64,000 nucleotides of DNA from a virus, in the IMG/VR virus record IMGVR_UViG_3300036806_000149, positions 1-64,000 of that record; one strand, written 5' to 3'. Position numbers and translations under genes: made by a program. Shown piece by piece: positions 1 through 8,051 of this stretch (position 1 is the stretch's first letter; each line of letters starts with the position of its first letter). The notes under the pieces are model-generated. The model was not told the DNA's origin. It worked only from the letters and a program-made list of their open reading frames with translations, and ran no database searches.

Positions 1-450
1 CTGGCGAAGAGCCCGTTCTTCCTGTACCTGGGGCGGCTCTCGGGCCTGCCGGTGGCGCTGGAGGGAGCGCTCAAGCTCAAGGAGATCTCCTACATCCCCA
101 CCGACGCCTACGCGGCCGGCGAGATGAAGCACGGGCCGATCGCGCTGCTCTCCCCCCAGACGCCGGTGGTGGCGGTGGCCACCGAGAAGGCGATGCTCCC
201 CAAGCTGCTGTCCAACATGGCCGAGGTCCGGGCGCGGGGCGTGAAGGTGCTGGCGATCGCCACCGAGGGCACCACCCAGCAGGTCTCAGAGCACGCCGAT
301 TGGGTGTTCACCATCCCCCACACCGACCCGATCCTCCAGATCGCGCTGGCGGTGATCCCGCTCCAGCTCTTCGCCTACCACGTGGCTCGGGCCAAGGGCC
401 TCAACGTAGACCAGCCGCGCAACTTGGCGAAAACTGTGACTGTAGAGTAG
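1..450 (+). CDS. glmS: Glutamine--fructose-6-phosphate aminotransferase, C-terminal SIS domain (5' truncated by window)
   Basis: ALEGALKLKEISY, GEMKHGPIAL and C-terminal DQPRNLAKTVTVE are diagnostic GlmS motifs. Confidence 0.96.
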   Translation: MAKSPFFLYLGRLSGLPVALEGALKLKEISYIPTDAYAAGEMKHGPIALLSPQTPVVAVATEKAMLPKLLSNMAEVRARGVKVLAIATEGTTQQVSEHADWVFTIPHTDPILQIALAVIPLQLFAYHVARAKGLNVDQPRNLAKTVTVE

Positions 451-487
451 ATAGAATCTTTCTACAATGTATCTAGAAAGGATCAGG

Positions 488-841
488 ATGGGCTTCCACT
501 ATGAGCACCCACCGTACGCGCAGTTCGGCGATGAAAACCAGCCCTTGTTCTTCCGACGGCGCTACGGAGGCAACCCCCAGCCGCCGGAGATGTACGAGGG
601 CGTGGTCCACTTCGATCTCACCCCCGATGTGCCGATCTGGATCTACGGCTACAGCGTCGCCTCACTCTACGCCGAGGATCGCGAGGCCGAGCGCCACGCC
701 TGGCAGCAGCGGCGCTCGTTTCAGGCGTGGTGCTACAGCGTGATGTGCCCCACCGGCGAGCCCGGCATGGTCCCGCTCGACGCCGTGGAGGAGATCACCC
801 AGGAAGCATTTGAGATCGCCGCCGCCAGGAGCTGGGAATGA
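488..841 (+). CDS. Hypothetical phage protein
   Basis: AGAAAGGATC RBS at 475 favours ATG 488; GC3-rich codons. Confidence 0.7.
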   Translation: MGFHYEHPPYAQFGDENQPLFFRRRYGGNPQPPEMYEGVVHFDLTPDVPIWIYGYSVASLYAEDREAERHAWQQRRSFQAWCYSVMCPTGEPGMVPLDAVEEITQEAFEIAAARSWE

Positions 842-1062
842 CCATCCAGTTCGCCAACTTTCTCCCGGTGCCGTTTCCCCTCGACAACTGGAAGGATCAC
901 CGCATGCGCATGAGCAGTGACGTAATCGCCGATATCGAACGCGAGGCTTCCGGCTCGTCGCGCGAAACAGCCGAGATGCTGAACGGTCGGCTGCTACGCA
1001 TCATCATCCTGTGTCGCGAGGCGCGGCTTCTGCTTTCACGCGATCAGGACGACCCCAAATGA
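838..1062 (+). CDS. Hypothetical protein ending LLLSRDQDDPK (repeat-linked gene 1)
   Basis: ATGA overlap with upstream gene; 3' end lies in the ~50-bp repeat. Confidence 0.65.
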   Translation: MTIQFANFLPVPFPLDNWKDHRMRMSSDVIADIEREASGSSRETAEMLNGRLLRIIILCREARLLLSRDQDDPK

Positions 1063-1391
1063 GCCAAAGCGGCAGTCTGTCGGTCTCGCTGGAACAGGTC
1101 GCGCGCCTGCTGGCCGATAAGGGACTCGATCCCCGTCCGGGCGATTCTGGCGGGTACTTCGATCTGAGCGTCGGTCCGACGCGGCTGTGCGTGATCGAGC
1201 GCCCGCCCTACTGTGATCGCGGGCGATTCCAGGTGCAGGCCGACACGGTGGACATTCTCGTGCTTGACCTAGACGGGCACGATGGATTCCCGCGCTACTA
1301 CTTCGACGCGGCGGCGTGCGCCCTGGAAATCGTCCTTTGGCTCGAAGCGCGAGGACTTCTGCTTTCACGCGATCAGGACGACCGCAAATGA
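1059..1391 (+). CDS. Hypothetical protein MSQSGS...LLLSRDQDDRK (repeat-linked gene 2)
   Basis: ATG lies inside repeat copy 1 and overlaps the previous stop (ATGA). Confidence 0.7.
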   Translation: MSQSGSLSVSLEQVARLLADKGLDPRPGDSGGYFDLSVGPTRLCVIERPPYCDRGRFQVQADTVDILVLDLDGHDGFPRYYFDAAACALEIVLWLEARGLLLSRDQDDRK

Positions 1392-1627
1392 GCCAAAGCA
1401 GCAGTGACGCTGAGGGCTTTGATTGGGTGGCGAACTCGTCGCCGGGGCGACTCAACGCGGCCAGACCCGATGACCGGGAAACGATCCGCAGGTGGTTGTG
1501 GGAGCGTTACGGCGAGTATGCGTGGCACAGCCAGAATCCCGTGCTGCCGCGCGATTACGACGATGAGTTTGCGGCTGCCGCTGAGCAGTTGGCAGCGCTT
1601 CTGCTTTCACGCGATAGCGACCGCTGA
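1388..1627 (+). CDS. Hypothetical protein MSQSSS...LLLSRDSDR (repeat-linked gene 3)
   Basis: ATG lies inside repeat copy 2 (ATGA overlap). Confidence 0.65.
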   Translation: MSQSSSDAEGFDWVANSSPGRLNAARPDDRETIRRWLWERYGEYAWHSQNPVLPRDYDDEFAAAAEQLAALLLSRDSDR

Positions 1628-1942
1628 ATGAGCTTCTTTGACGAGCGGCCCAAGCCCTACGACTGGGCAGCGGAGAAAGCATTGGCTCCCAACGAGCGCA
1701 TCCCCCAGCTCCAAGCCGAGCGCGACGAAGCGGTTGGCCAGATGTGGGAGGCCCGGCATAAGGTCGAGCAGCTCCGGGCCGTGTTGGTCACCAACGAGTT
1801 CGCGACTCTGGTCCGCAACGCCTACTACGTCGCCGCCGGGATACGGACGCGCGACCAGATGACTCTCAGCACCGAGCACGTGCGAGCAGCGCTGGAAGCC
1901 GCCTTGGCACTGACACTCACTCAATCGAAAGGATCACCATGA
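1628..1942 (+). CDS. Hypothetical coiled-coil protein
   Basis: Starts right after the previous stop, within repeat copy 3. Confidence 0.65.
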   Translation: MSFFDERPKPYDWAAEKALAPNERIPQLQAERDEAVGQMWEARHKVEQLRAVLVTNEFATLVRNAYYVAAGIRTRDQMTLSTEHVRAALEAALALTLTQSKGSP

Positions 1943-2115
1943 AAGTCAACCTCTTGCGCGCCCTGTTTGCGATCACCGCCAGTCTGATCGTCCACGCCCT
2001 CATCGGCGACGGCAACGCCGCGATCGGCCTGGTCCTGTTCTTCGTCTGCTGGTGGGTATCGGGCAGAATCATTTCAAAGGATCTGGACAAGCCGGATCTT
2101 GACAAACATGCTTGA
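1939..2115 (+). CDS. Small membrane protein (58 aa, not in ORF track)
   Basis: GAAAGGATCACC-ATG; two hydrophobic segments. Confidence 0.6.
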   Translation: MKVNLLRALFAITASLIVHALIGDGNAAIGLVLFFVCWWVSGRIISKDLDKPDLDKHA

Positions 2116-2152
2116 ATACGTGTAGCAGTTCCCCACCTACAGAAAGGATCAC

Positions 2153-2452
2153 ATGGCCACCACCACCATCATCAAGCAGATCCACGGAGGCGAGTTCGAC
2201 GAAGTGCTCGATCAGATCTCGCTCGCCTCTCAGCAGCGACGCCGACGCCTGCGCTCACTCCAGATGTCGCCGGCCACCGAGCGCTTCACCGAGACCGTCA
2301 GGACGCACCCCGGCCTGACCGCGACCGAGCTGGCGGCGCTGCTGGACTGCACCGTGCAGCGGGTCTACCAGCTCGCCGTGCAGGCCCAGGACCATCTCGC
2401 GCTCCCCAACTACGAGGAGTACCCCCGCAAGTTCTACTCCCGCACGGCATGA
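2153..2452 (+). CDS. Helix-turn-helix DNA-binding protein
   Basis: HPGLTATELAALLDCTVQRVYQL HTH-like segment; AGAAAGGATC RBS. Confidence 0.7.
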   Translation: MATTTIIKQIHGGEFDEVLDQISLASQQRRRRLRSLQMSPATERFTETVRTHPGLTATELAALLDCTVQRVYQLAVQAQDHLALPNYEEYPRKFYSRTA

Positions 2453-2613
2453 GCGCGCTGGCCTGGATCGGGATCGGCGTCGGCGCGTTCCTTGTGCTCT
2501 GCGCGATCCTCACCTGGGCGCTGTGCGCGATGGCCGCACCGGCGACGCCCCAGGAGCGCGAGCGCGAGGACCAAGCGCAGATGGCCTATCTGCGGGAATG
2601 GCGAAACCGATGA
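2449..2613 (+). CDS. Small membrane protein (54 aa)
   Basis: ATGA overlap; N-terminal TM helix. Confidence 0.55.
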   Translation: MSALAWIGIGVGAFLVLCAILTWALCAMAAPATPQEREREDQAQMAYLREWRNR

Positions 2614-2680
2614 TGACCCCTGCCCTTCTACGACCCCGAGTACGCCGACGCTCGATAACGCGCGTTACGGAGACTTGATC

Positions 2681-2920
2681 ATGTACGACATAACGACGCT
2701 CCCGCCAACCGGCCACAAGATCCTGGATGCGCTCAAAGACGACGATCTGTGCGAGCGCGACCTGTTCATCCGCTTGCGCCCCGTTGATCAGCTGGCGCTA
2801 CATCGCTTGCTGAGGGAGATGGACGACGATGGGCTACTTGCGTCCTATGGACGGGGGCGGTTGCCGGGGCCGGTGGTGACGTATTACGCGCTGCATTATG
2901 ACCCCTTTCACGCCCGATAA
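2681..2920 (+). CDS. Putative winged-helix protein
   Basis: KILDALK...LHRLLREMDDDGLL...YYAL pattern; GGAG RBS. Confidence 0.5.
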   Translation: MYDITTLPPTGHKILDALKDDDLCERDLFIRLRPVDQLALHRLLREMDDDGLLASYGRGRLPGPVVTYYALHYDPFHAR

Positions 2921-2936
2921 GAGGGATTATGGAGTG

Positions 2937-3170
2937 CTAGGCATCGGCTGACTCGATGGACTCGACGGCCGTCACGCACTCCCGGAAAGCCCGCAGATAC
3001 TCCTTCTGGCTCACGCCCCGGCCTCGATCGCGCAACCGGTGCAGCTTCAGCGACAGCTCCGGAGGCACCATCCTCCAGTGCTCGTTGCACATGTAGCGAT
3101 GACTCTCGACCTGCATTGAGCACCCGTCGATCGGGCACTCGAAGGTCTCGTCGATGTCGAGCTTGGCCAC
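2937..3170 (-). CDS. Small Cys/His phage protein
   Basis: CPIDGC...MCNEHW..VP motif common in phage hypotheticals. Confidence 0.65.
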   Translation of the reverse strand: MAKLDIDETFECPIDGCSMQVESHRYMCNEHWRMVPPELSLKLHRLRDRGRGVSQKEYLRAFRECVTAVESIESADA

Positions 3171-3203
3171 CGAATCATTCCTACCACGAAAGGATCACCC
3201 CCG

Positions 3204-3515
3204 ATGATCGATCGCCACCGCCTGGCGCGCGCCTGCGCCGACAACGACCGGACCATCGAACGAAGCTCCTCGCGCTCGATCGAACTGGAGCCGCTGGGCA
3301 TCAAGACCGACGACGCCACCTACGTGGCCATGCAACGCGGACTGCGCTTCCTGTCCATCCTGATCGGCACCGACGCTGCGAAGCTGACGCTGTCTGACCT
3401 GAAGACCGCCTCCAAGCAGGAGCAGCAGTACCTGACGGCGATCGCGGCCGGCTTCATGGACGGCCTCGCCGCCGCTGCCAGAATCTTTCGAGAAGATGAG
3501 GAGCCCCTGGGGTGA
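3204..3515 (+). CDS. Hypothetical protein
   Basis: GAAAGGATC RBS; GC3-rich codons. Confidence 0.65.
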   Translation: MIDRHRLARACADNDRTIERSSSRSIELEPLGIKTDDATYVAMQRGLRFLSILIGTDAAKLTLSDLKTASKQEQQYLTAIAAGFMDGLAAAARIFREDEEPLG

Positions 3516-3660
3516 GCTGGTGTATCTCGCCGGCGTGGTGCCGGGGACGCTGATCGCCTGCGTGCTCGCCCCCGTGTGGGCGATCGCGCCCATCGCGCTC
3601 GTCGGCCTCGTCGGCGGAGCGGTGGTGTGCATCCGGAATGATTCGGAGTAGTTGACACAC

Positions 3661-3669
3661 TGATATAAT
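3661..3669 (+). promoter_or_regulatory. Extended -10 promoter TGnTATAAT
   Basis: TGATATAAT upstream of the RBS and ATG 3700. Similar elements at 4739-4747, 5276-5284, 18083-18091, 18494-18502, 56785-56793 and on the minus strand at 38936-38944. Confidence 0.65.
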
Positions 3670-3699
3670 GTAGCTACATCACCAATAGAAAGGATCTAC

Positions 3700-3963
3700 A
3701 TGCCACAGAAAGGTTGGGAACACCAGCGCCTCCAGGAAGTCTCGAAAGCACTGGGGCGCAAGTGCTATCTGCTCGACTCGGCCAAGCTGGCGCACGACGT
3801 CGAGGTCATCGTCTACACGCCCGAAGGCACGGAGCACGACGGCACGCTCTATCTCGACACGCGCACCAGCGTGTTCGTCAAGGGCGAGACGCAGGCTCGC
3901 ATGACCTCAATCGTCGATCAGCGCACCGAGAAAATCCAGGACATCTTGGACCGGCATCGATGA
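3700..3963 (+). CDS. Hypothetical protein
   Basis: Promoter plus AGAAAGGATC RBS. Confidence 0.7.
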   Translation: MPQKGWEHQRLQEVSKALGRKCYLLDSAKLAHDVEVIVYTPEGTEHDGTLYLDTRTSVFVKGETQARMTSIVDQRTEKIQDILDRHR

Positions 3964-4145
3964 GCGACACGCTGATCGTCCTGGTGGTCGTCGTGGGCAT
4001 CATCGCCTTGGCCTGCCTGATCTCGTGGCTCGGTCGAGTCGAGGAGCGTGCGCGCGACCGCATGGACCAGATCGAGAAGGAGATGTACTACGAGCAGGCC
4101 GAGCGCGACGGCGTCGAGTACCCGCCGCAGTGGAGGGGCCGATGA
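3960..4145 (+). CDS. Small membrane protein
   Basis: ATGA overlap; N-terminal TM helix. Confidence 0.6.
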   Translation: MSDTLIVLVVVVGIIALACLISWLGRVEERARDRMDQIEKEMYYEQAERDGVEYPPQWRGR

Positions 4146-4570
4146 GTCTCAGCGAGAAGGGACCAGCCAAGGCTCCCTGCAAATCTTGCCCATATAGACG
4201 CGACGTCCCCTCCGGCGTGTGGCACGAGAGCGAGTACGACAAGCTGCCCAACTACGACGGCGACATCTCCGAGCAAGCCCAGGCGGGAGCGATCGGCGCG
4301 TTCTACTGCCACTCACGAGACGGCCGGCTGTGCGCCGGATGGGTGGGCTGCCACGACATGGACAACTCCCTCGGCTTGCGCCTGGCGAGCAGCTTCGGCC
4401 AGCTCTCTCCCGAAGACGTGGAAGCGGCCCTGACCTACGAAAGTCCGGTCGAATTATTCAAATCCGGTGCAGCGGCGGCCAAGCACGGCAAGAGATCAAT
4501 CGAGAGCCCCGATGCACGAACTCGGCGCACAATCGACCGACTTTCCAGAAAGCTTCCTCCACGTAGCTAA
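4142..4570 (+). CDS. DUF6283-like protein
   Basis: PCKSCPYRRDVPSGVW..EYDKLPNYD, FYCH and CAGWVGCH motifs. Confidence 0.75.
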   Translation: MSLSEKGPAKAPCKSCPYRRDVPSGVWHESEYDKLPNYDGDISEQAQAGAIGAFYCHSRDGRLCAGWVGCHDMDNSLGLRLASSFGQLSPEDVEAALTYESPVELFKSGAAAAKHGKRSIESPDARTRRTIDRLSRKLPPRS

Positions 4571-4785
4571 TTGGTGCTCGCATCCCGAGTGGAGGCATAC
4601 CGACTATGTGTGCGCTTGGGGTGTTATCTGGTGCGCGGGTGAGATAGTCTCGCGCCACTGTTATCCAATGCGGCCAGGGATGGACGCCGAGCACCAGGAG
4701 GAAAGAGCAACTCAATAGCTACAACACATGAAAGATTCTGATACAATACGAACTGAATACCATCACACACCAGAAAGGAGACCAA

Positions 4786-5229
4786 ATGATAAACCAACGC
4801 ACATATAAGATCCGCAAGTTTGCCAACGGCAAGGCTCGCAGTGGTCAAGCCTTCATCAACTACAGCCTCACCATCCCGTCGCACATCGCCGAGCGGCTCC
4901 CCGAGGACATGCAGTTCTCGTGCGAGCTGACCGACGCCGGCCTATTGTTTCGCCCGGTTCAGCCTCAGATCGAAGTCGAGCTGCCGCCGTGGGCGGCGCA
5001 GGAGGATGGCAAGGAGGAGACCAAGCCCGCGCGCAAGCGCCGGCAGAAGCCGAGCGGGGCTACTCGCAAGAAGCCCCAGGCCAAGCGGCCCCGCAAGAAG
5101 CCCCAGGCCGGGCCGGCTCCTCCTGAAGCCGAGCCCGCCGACACCCCCGAGTCAGACCACGACATCGAGTCAGACAACGGAGTCGGCGAGCCCCAGGCTG
5201 CGGAAGCAACTGCGGAAGTAACTGCATAA
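4786..5229 (+). CDS. Putative AbrB-like DNA-binding protein with Lys/Arg-rich then acidic tail
   Basis: YSLTIPSHIA...FSCELTDAGLLFRPV swapped-hairpin-like pattern; promoter and RBS upstream. Confidence 0.55.
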   Translation: MINQRTYKIRKFANGKARSGQAFINYSLTIPSHIAERLPEDMQFSCELTDAGLLFRPVQPQIEVELPPWAAQEDGKEETKPARKRRQKPSGATRKKPQAKRPRKKPQAGPAPPEAEPADTPESDHDIESDNGVGEPQAAEATAEVTA

Positions 5230-5329
5230 AGCGTGGGAACGCGAGCCGGCTGGACTCGTTGTTCCTTGCTCCTCTTGATAAGATCATAAGATCATTTTAG
5301 CTACGCAGTATCTACAGAAAGGATCAACC

Positions 5330-5737
5330 ATGAGTTTGAACTGGAACGTGGAGCAGGTCGTCAACCACGAGCAGGTCTGCTTCATCGAGACCGACGAGAA
5401 AGATTCCGAGGGCAAGCCGCTGCGCCGGATGAACCCGGTCACCGACGCGCTGATCTGGGCCACCATCTCGATCAAACTGGGCGAAATCACCGAGGCCAAC
5501 GCCGACGACTTCTACGCCCGCCTAGCGATCATGGAGAAGCTCAGCGGGCCGTTTCTGGTCGATGGCGAGGGCAATTCCCGCTACATCACGCCCGAGGAGG
5601 TCAAGGCCCACATCGGCCTGTACTGCAACGTGGCCAACGAGCAGCCGGTCAAGTTCTTCGCCAGCATCCGCCAGCACGACTACGCGCAGCTCAAGGCCAC
5701 CTACAAGTCGGTGACCCAGAATGCTCCTGCCCGATGA
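5330..5737 (+). CDS. Hypothetical phage protein
   Basis: AGAAAGGATC RBS; strong codon bias. Confidence 0.75.
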   Translation: MSLNWNVEQVVNHEQVCFIETDEKDSEGKPLRRMNPVTDALIWATISIKLGEITEANADDFYARLAIMEKLSGPFLVDGEGNSRYITPEEVKAHIGLYCNVANEQPVKFFASIRQHDYAQLKATYKSVTQNAPAR

Positions 5738-5804
5738 ACAACGGAGGCGTAGACGATGAGCAGCTTGCACACAGCTCTGACCGGCTGGCAGGAGGCCCAG
5801 AACG

Positions 5805-5837
5805 ACGAAGCCCCGCGCCGTGACGCGGGGACTTCGT
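5805..5837. terminator. Hairpin between convergent genes
   Basis: CGAAG-CCCCGCG...CGCGGGG-A-CTTCG. Confidence 0.55.
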
Positions 5838-5981
5838 TGCGTATAGCTTACCGCCCGCCGCCGCCGTGAATCCAGCGGCCAGCGCGAGTCCGGTAGTGCC
5901 CGCTCGCCTTGTAGTCGAACGTCTCATCCGACGCCGAGCGGTGCAGGAACCGGTCGATCCAGTCGCGGAGCTTGCGGAGCA

Positions 5982-6140
5982 TCAGCTATGCGTCGAGTAG
6001 CCGCCCGAGGCGAGCGCCAGGATGGCGATCCCCACGAGCGTGACGATCACGATCGCCGCGAGCACCTTCACGACCAGCCGCCAGTTGACGTGGATGCGGC
6101 GCATCGGTAGCCCCGGGTCCTGTGTTCGGTCCAGTCTCAT
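5982..6140 (-). CDS. Small membrane protein
   Basis: GGAGG RBS; TM segment LVVKVLAAIVIVTLVGIAILAL; coupled to a 44-aa ORF at 5848-5982. Confidence 0.5.
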   Translation of the reverse strand: MRLDRTQDPGLPMRRIHVNWRLVVKVLAAIVIVTLVGIAILALASGGYSTHS

Positions 6141-6149
6141 CGAGCCTCC

Positions 6150-6848
6150 TTAGAAGTCCCAGTAGGCGTCCCAGTGGCCGTTGGCGGCGATCCTGAGCCC
6201 CACGCTAGATCCCGCGTAGGTGAGACAGGTCGTCCACGGCGTGTAGGTCCCCATGTGGGTCGAGAGCCCGCCGTGGGCCCAGGCGTGGTTCGGGGCATCC
6301 CAGCCGTTCACGTTGAACGTGGTCACGGTACAGAATGGGGGGTTGGCTCCGATCTTGTGGTAGTAGCCCCAGTTGGACCCACCCGAGTCGGTGATCGAGG
6401 ACCCGTTGCCGCACCAGTAACCGTGGTCCTTCTCGGCGTAGGCGACCTTGACTCCGGCCTCGGTGTAGTCCCACCGGTGCCAGATGTGGTTGCCTTGATA
6501 CCAGCAAGCCGCCGAGGCGTGAGCGTCCAGCGCGTCGCTGACGACGCCGCTGTCCTCCGATCCCGACGTGTAGGGCTGAAGCGCCGACAGCAGCGCGTAC
6601 TGGGTGGGTGTGGTGGTGGCGGGGGCCGCGAGCGGCATCGCGTCGACCTTGTTGACCAGCGCGGTCAGCGCCGCCGGTCCTGCCGCCGCCGCCGCCTGAA
6701 CCTGCGCCTGGGCGGAAGGCATCACCGCCGCGACCCGGGCCTTGAGATGGCGCACGCGAGCGGCGTGCGCATTGACGTGGGCGTCCGCGACCGCGGGCAC
6801 CGTGAGCGCCAGGATGAATCCCAGCGCGAAAAGCCATCTTGGCCTCAT
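6150..6848 (-). CDS. Secreted protein with signal peptide
   Basis: MRPRWLFALGFILALTVPAVADA signal; Trp/Gly/Cys-rich C-terminal domain. Confidence 0.75.
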   Translation of the reverse strand: MRPRWLFALGFILALTVPAVADAHVNAHAARVRHLKARVAAVMPSAQAQVQAAAAAGPAALTALVNKVDAMPLAAPATTTPTQYALLSALQPYTSGSEDSGVVSDALDAHASAACWYQGNHIWHRWDYTEAGVKVAYAEKDHGYWCGNGSSITDSGGSNWGYYHKIGANPPFCTVTTFNVNGWDAPNHAWAHGGLSTHMGTYTPWTTCLTYAGSSVGLRIAANGHWDAYWDF

Positions 6849-6953
6849 GCTTCCCCCTAAAGTTGGGGCGGTGTTGGCCGCCCCTTGTCGCTATCGGGCG
6901 GCTGACGCCACCCCTTGTGCTTCCAGCCTATTCGGCCCTATAGGCCCATCATG

Positions 6954-6969
6954 TGTGACATTTGTCACA
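6954..6969. promoter_or_regulatory. CRP/GlxR-type operator TGTGA-N6-TCACA
   Basis: TGTGACATTTGTCACA is a perfect consensus match, between divergent genes. Confidence 0.65.
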
Positions 6970-7004
6970 CTGAGATTGATCTTGAGATCTTATCATAAAA
7001 GCCG

Positions 7005-7130
7005 ATGCTCAAAATTGAGCCCGTAGGCCGGATCGGACCCGATCTCATCGCGATCGCGATCCTGGTGGCGCTGCCCTTCCTGGTCGGCTGGACGGGTGAA
7101 AAGATTCGCCACCGCCGGAGGAAGCGCTAG
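7005..7130 (+). CDS. 41-aa single-pass membrane peptide (near-leaderless)
   Basis: -10 TATCAT at 6991-6996; TM LIAIAILVALPFLVGW followed by a basic tail. Confidence 0.5.
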   Translation: MLKIEPVGRIGPDLIAIAILVALPFLVGWTGEKIRHRRRKR

Positions 7131-7603
7131 GGCGCGAGCATCGGCCCCACCACGGCGGCAGCGGTGATGTGATCGCCGCGCTGGGCCGTGGCCTCGGTGG
7201 CAATCCGGTAGGCGTGGCCCAGGAACGCCTCGCGCGCGGAGGAAATCCGCACCGGGTTGGCGGTGGCAACAGCGGCCCGAGTCGAGCCCGCGACGTCGAA
7301 GTAGCGCCCTCGGTTGGCTCCTGACCCCGCCACCTGGACCCACGTCTTGAGAAACTTTTTGGCCGCGTTGCCGCCCTCGCCGCCCTTGCACGAGGTGCCG
7401 GCTCCGTAGCTGAGGTCGATGTGGCCCTTGAAGCCGAAGAAGAAGCGGGGGCCGAACTCGGTGACCGAGCACTGGAGCACCGACACGCGCGGCATCTGCA
7501 CGGTCCGCGAGGGGCTCATCGACTGAGCCTCAGCAGAGCCCACCAGCGCGAGCGTGCTGATGATCGCGGCAATGAGCTTGTGCATGATTACAGAGTAGCT
7601 CAC
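7127..7603 (-). CDS. Secreted protein
   Basis: Signal peptide HKLIAAIISTLALVGSAEA. Confidence 0.65.
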   Translation of the reverse strand: MSYSVIMHKLIAAIISTLALVGSAEAQSMSPSRTVQMPRVSVLQCSVTEFGPRFFFGFKGHIDLSYGAGTSCKGGEGGNAAKKFLKTWVQVAGSGANRGRYFDVAGSTRAAVATANPVRISSAREAFLGHAYRIATEATAQRGDHITAAAVVGPMLAP

Positions 7604-7682
7604 CTGCTTCTACACCATAGCTAGTTCTCAGTAGATATAAATTCGCTCGTCTGAGCGTCAGGCAATATGCTATGCAGCCAGG

Positions 7683-8051
7683 ATGGCGCGGGTATCGTCA
7701 ATCAGCTTCCTGCCTCAAAGCTTGGATTTGGCCTTGTACGCGGGGGATGGAGCCTCGATCCGCATCACCGTCAAGGACCAGACCACGCAAGAGGTAGTTG
7801 ACGTCTCGGGTTCCCAAGCGGCCCAGATCCGAGTCAACCGTTCGGACTCCGATCCCCTGGAAACATTCGACATCAACGACTTCGACGCGGTCAACGGCGT
7901 GCTGCTGTTGAGCCTCACTGCCGATCAGACCACCAATCTGGGTAGCAACTTCAAGGGCGTCTGGGATCTGCAATGGACTCCGCCCGGCGGCCAGCCGATG
8001 ACGCTGGTCCAGGGAAAGATCACCTGCACGCTCGATGTCACCCGGTCCTGA
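7683..8051 (+). CDS. BppU-like baseplate/virion adaptor protein
   Basis: LDLALYAGD...LSLTADQT...GVWDLQ...[14 protein letters not shown] pattern; precedes the fibre genes. Confidence 0.65.
   Translation: MARVSSISFLPQSLDLALYAGDGASIRITVKDQTTQEVVDVSGSQAAQIRVNRSDSDPLETFDINDFDAVNGVLLLSLTADQTTNLGSNFKGVWDLQWTPPGGQPMTLVQGKITCTLDVTRS

Larger units (their letters stand above)
1027..1633 (+). repeat. Three copies of a gene-junction direct repeat CTTCTGCTTTCACGCGAT(CAGGACGACCSCAAATGAGCCAAAGC)
   Basis: Copies at 1027-1076 and 1356-1405 (48/50 identical) and 1598-1633 (first 18 bp identical). Confidence 0.9.

Noticed and set aside
451-600. Tn7 insertion at attTn7
   Set aside because: No tns genes and no recognisable Tn7 end with repeated TnsB sites
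1027-1633. CRISPR array
   Set aside because: Only three copies, separated by 200-280 bp coding segments, with no cas genes
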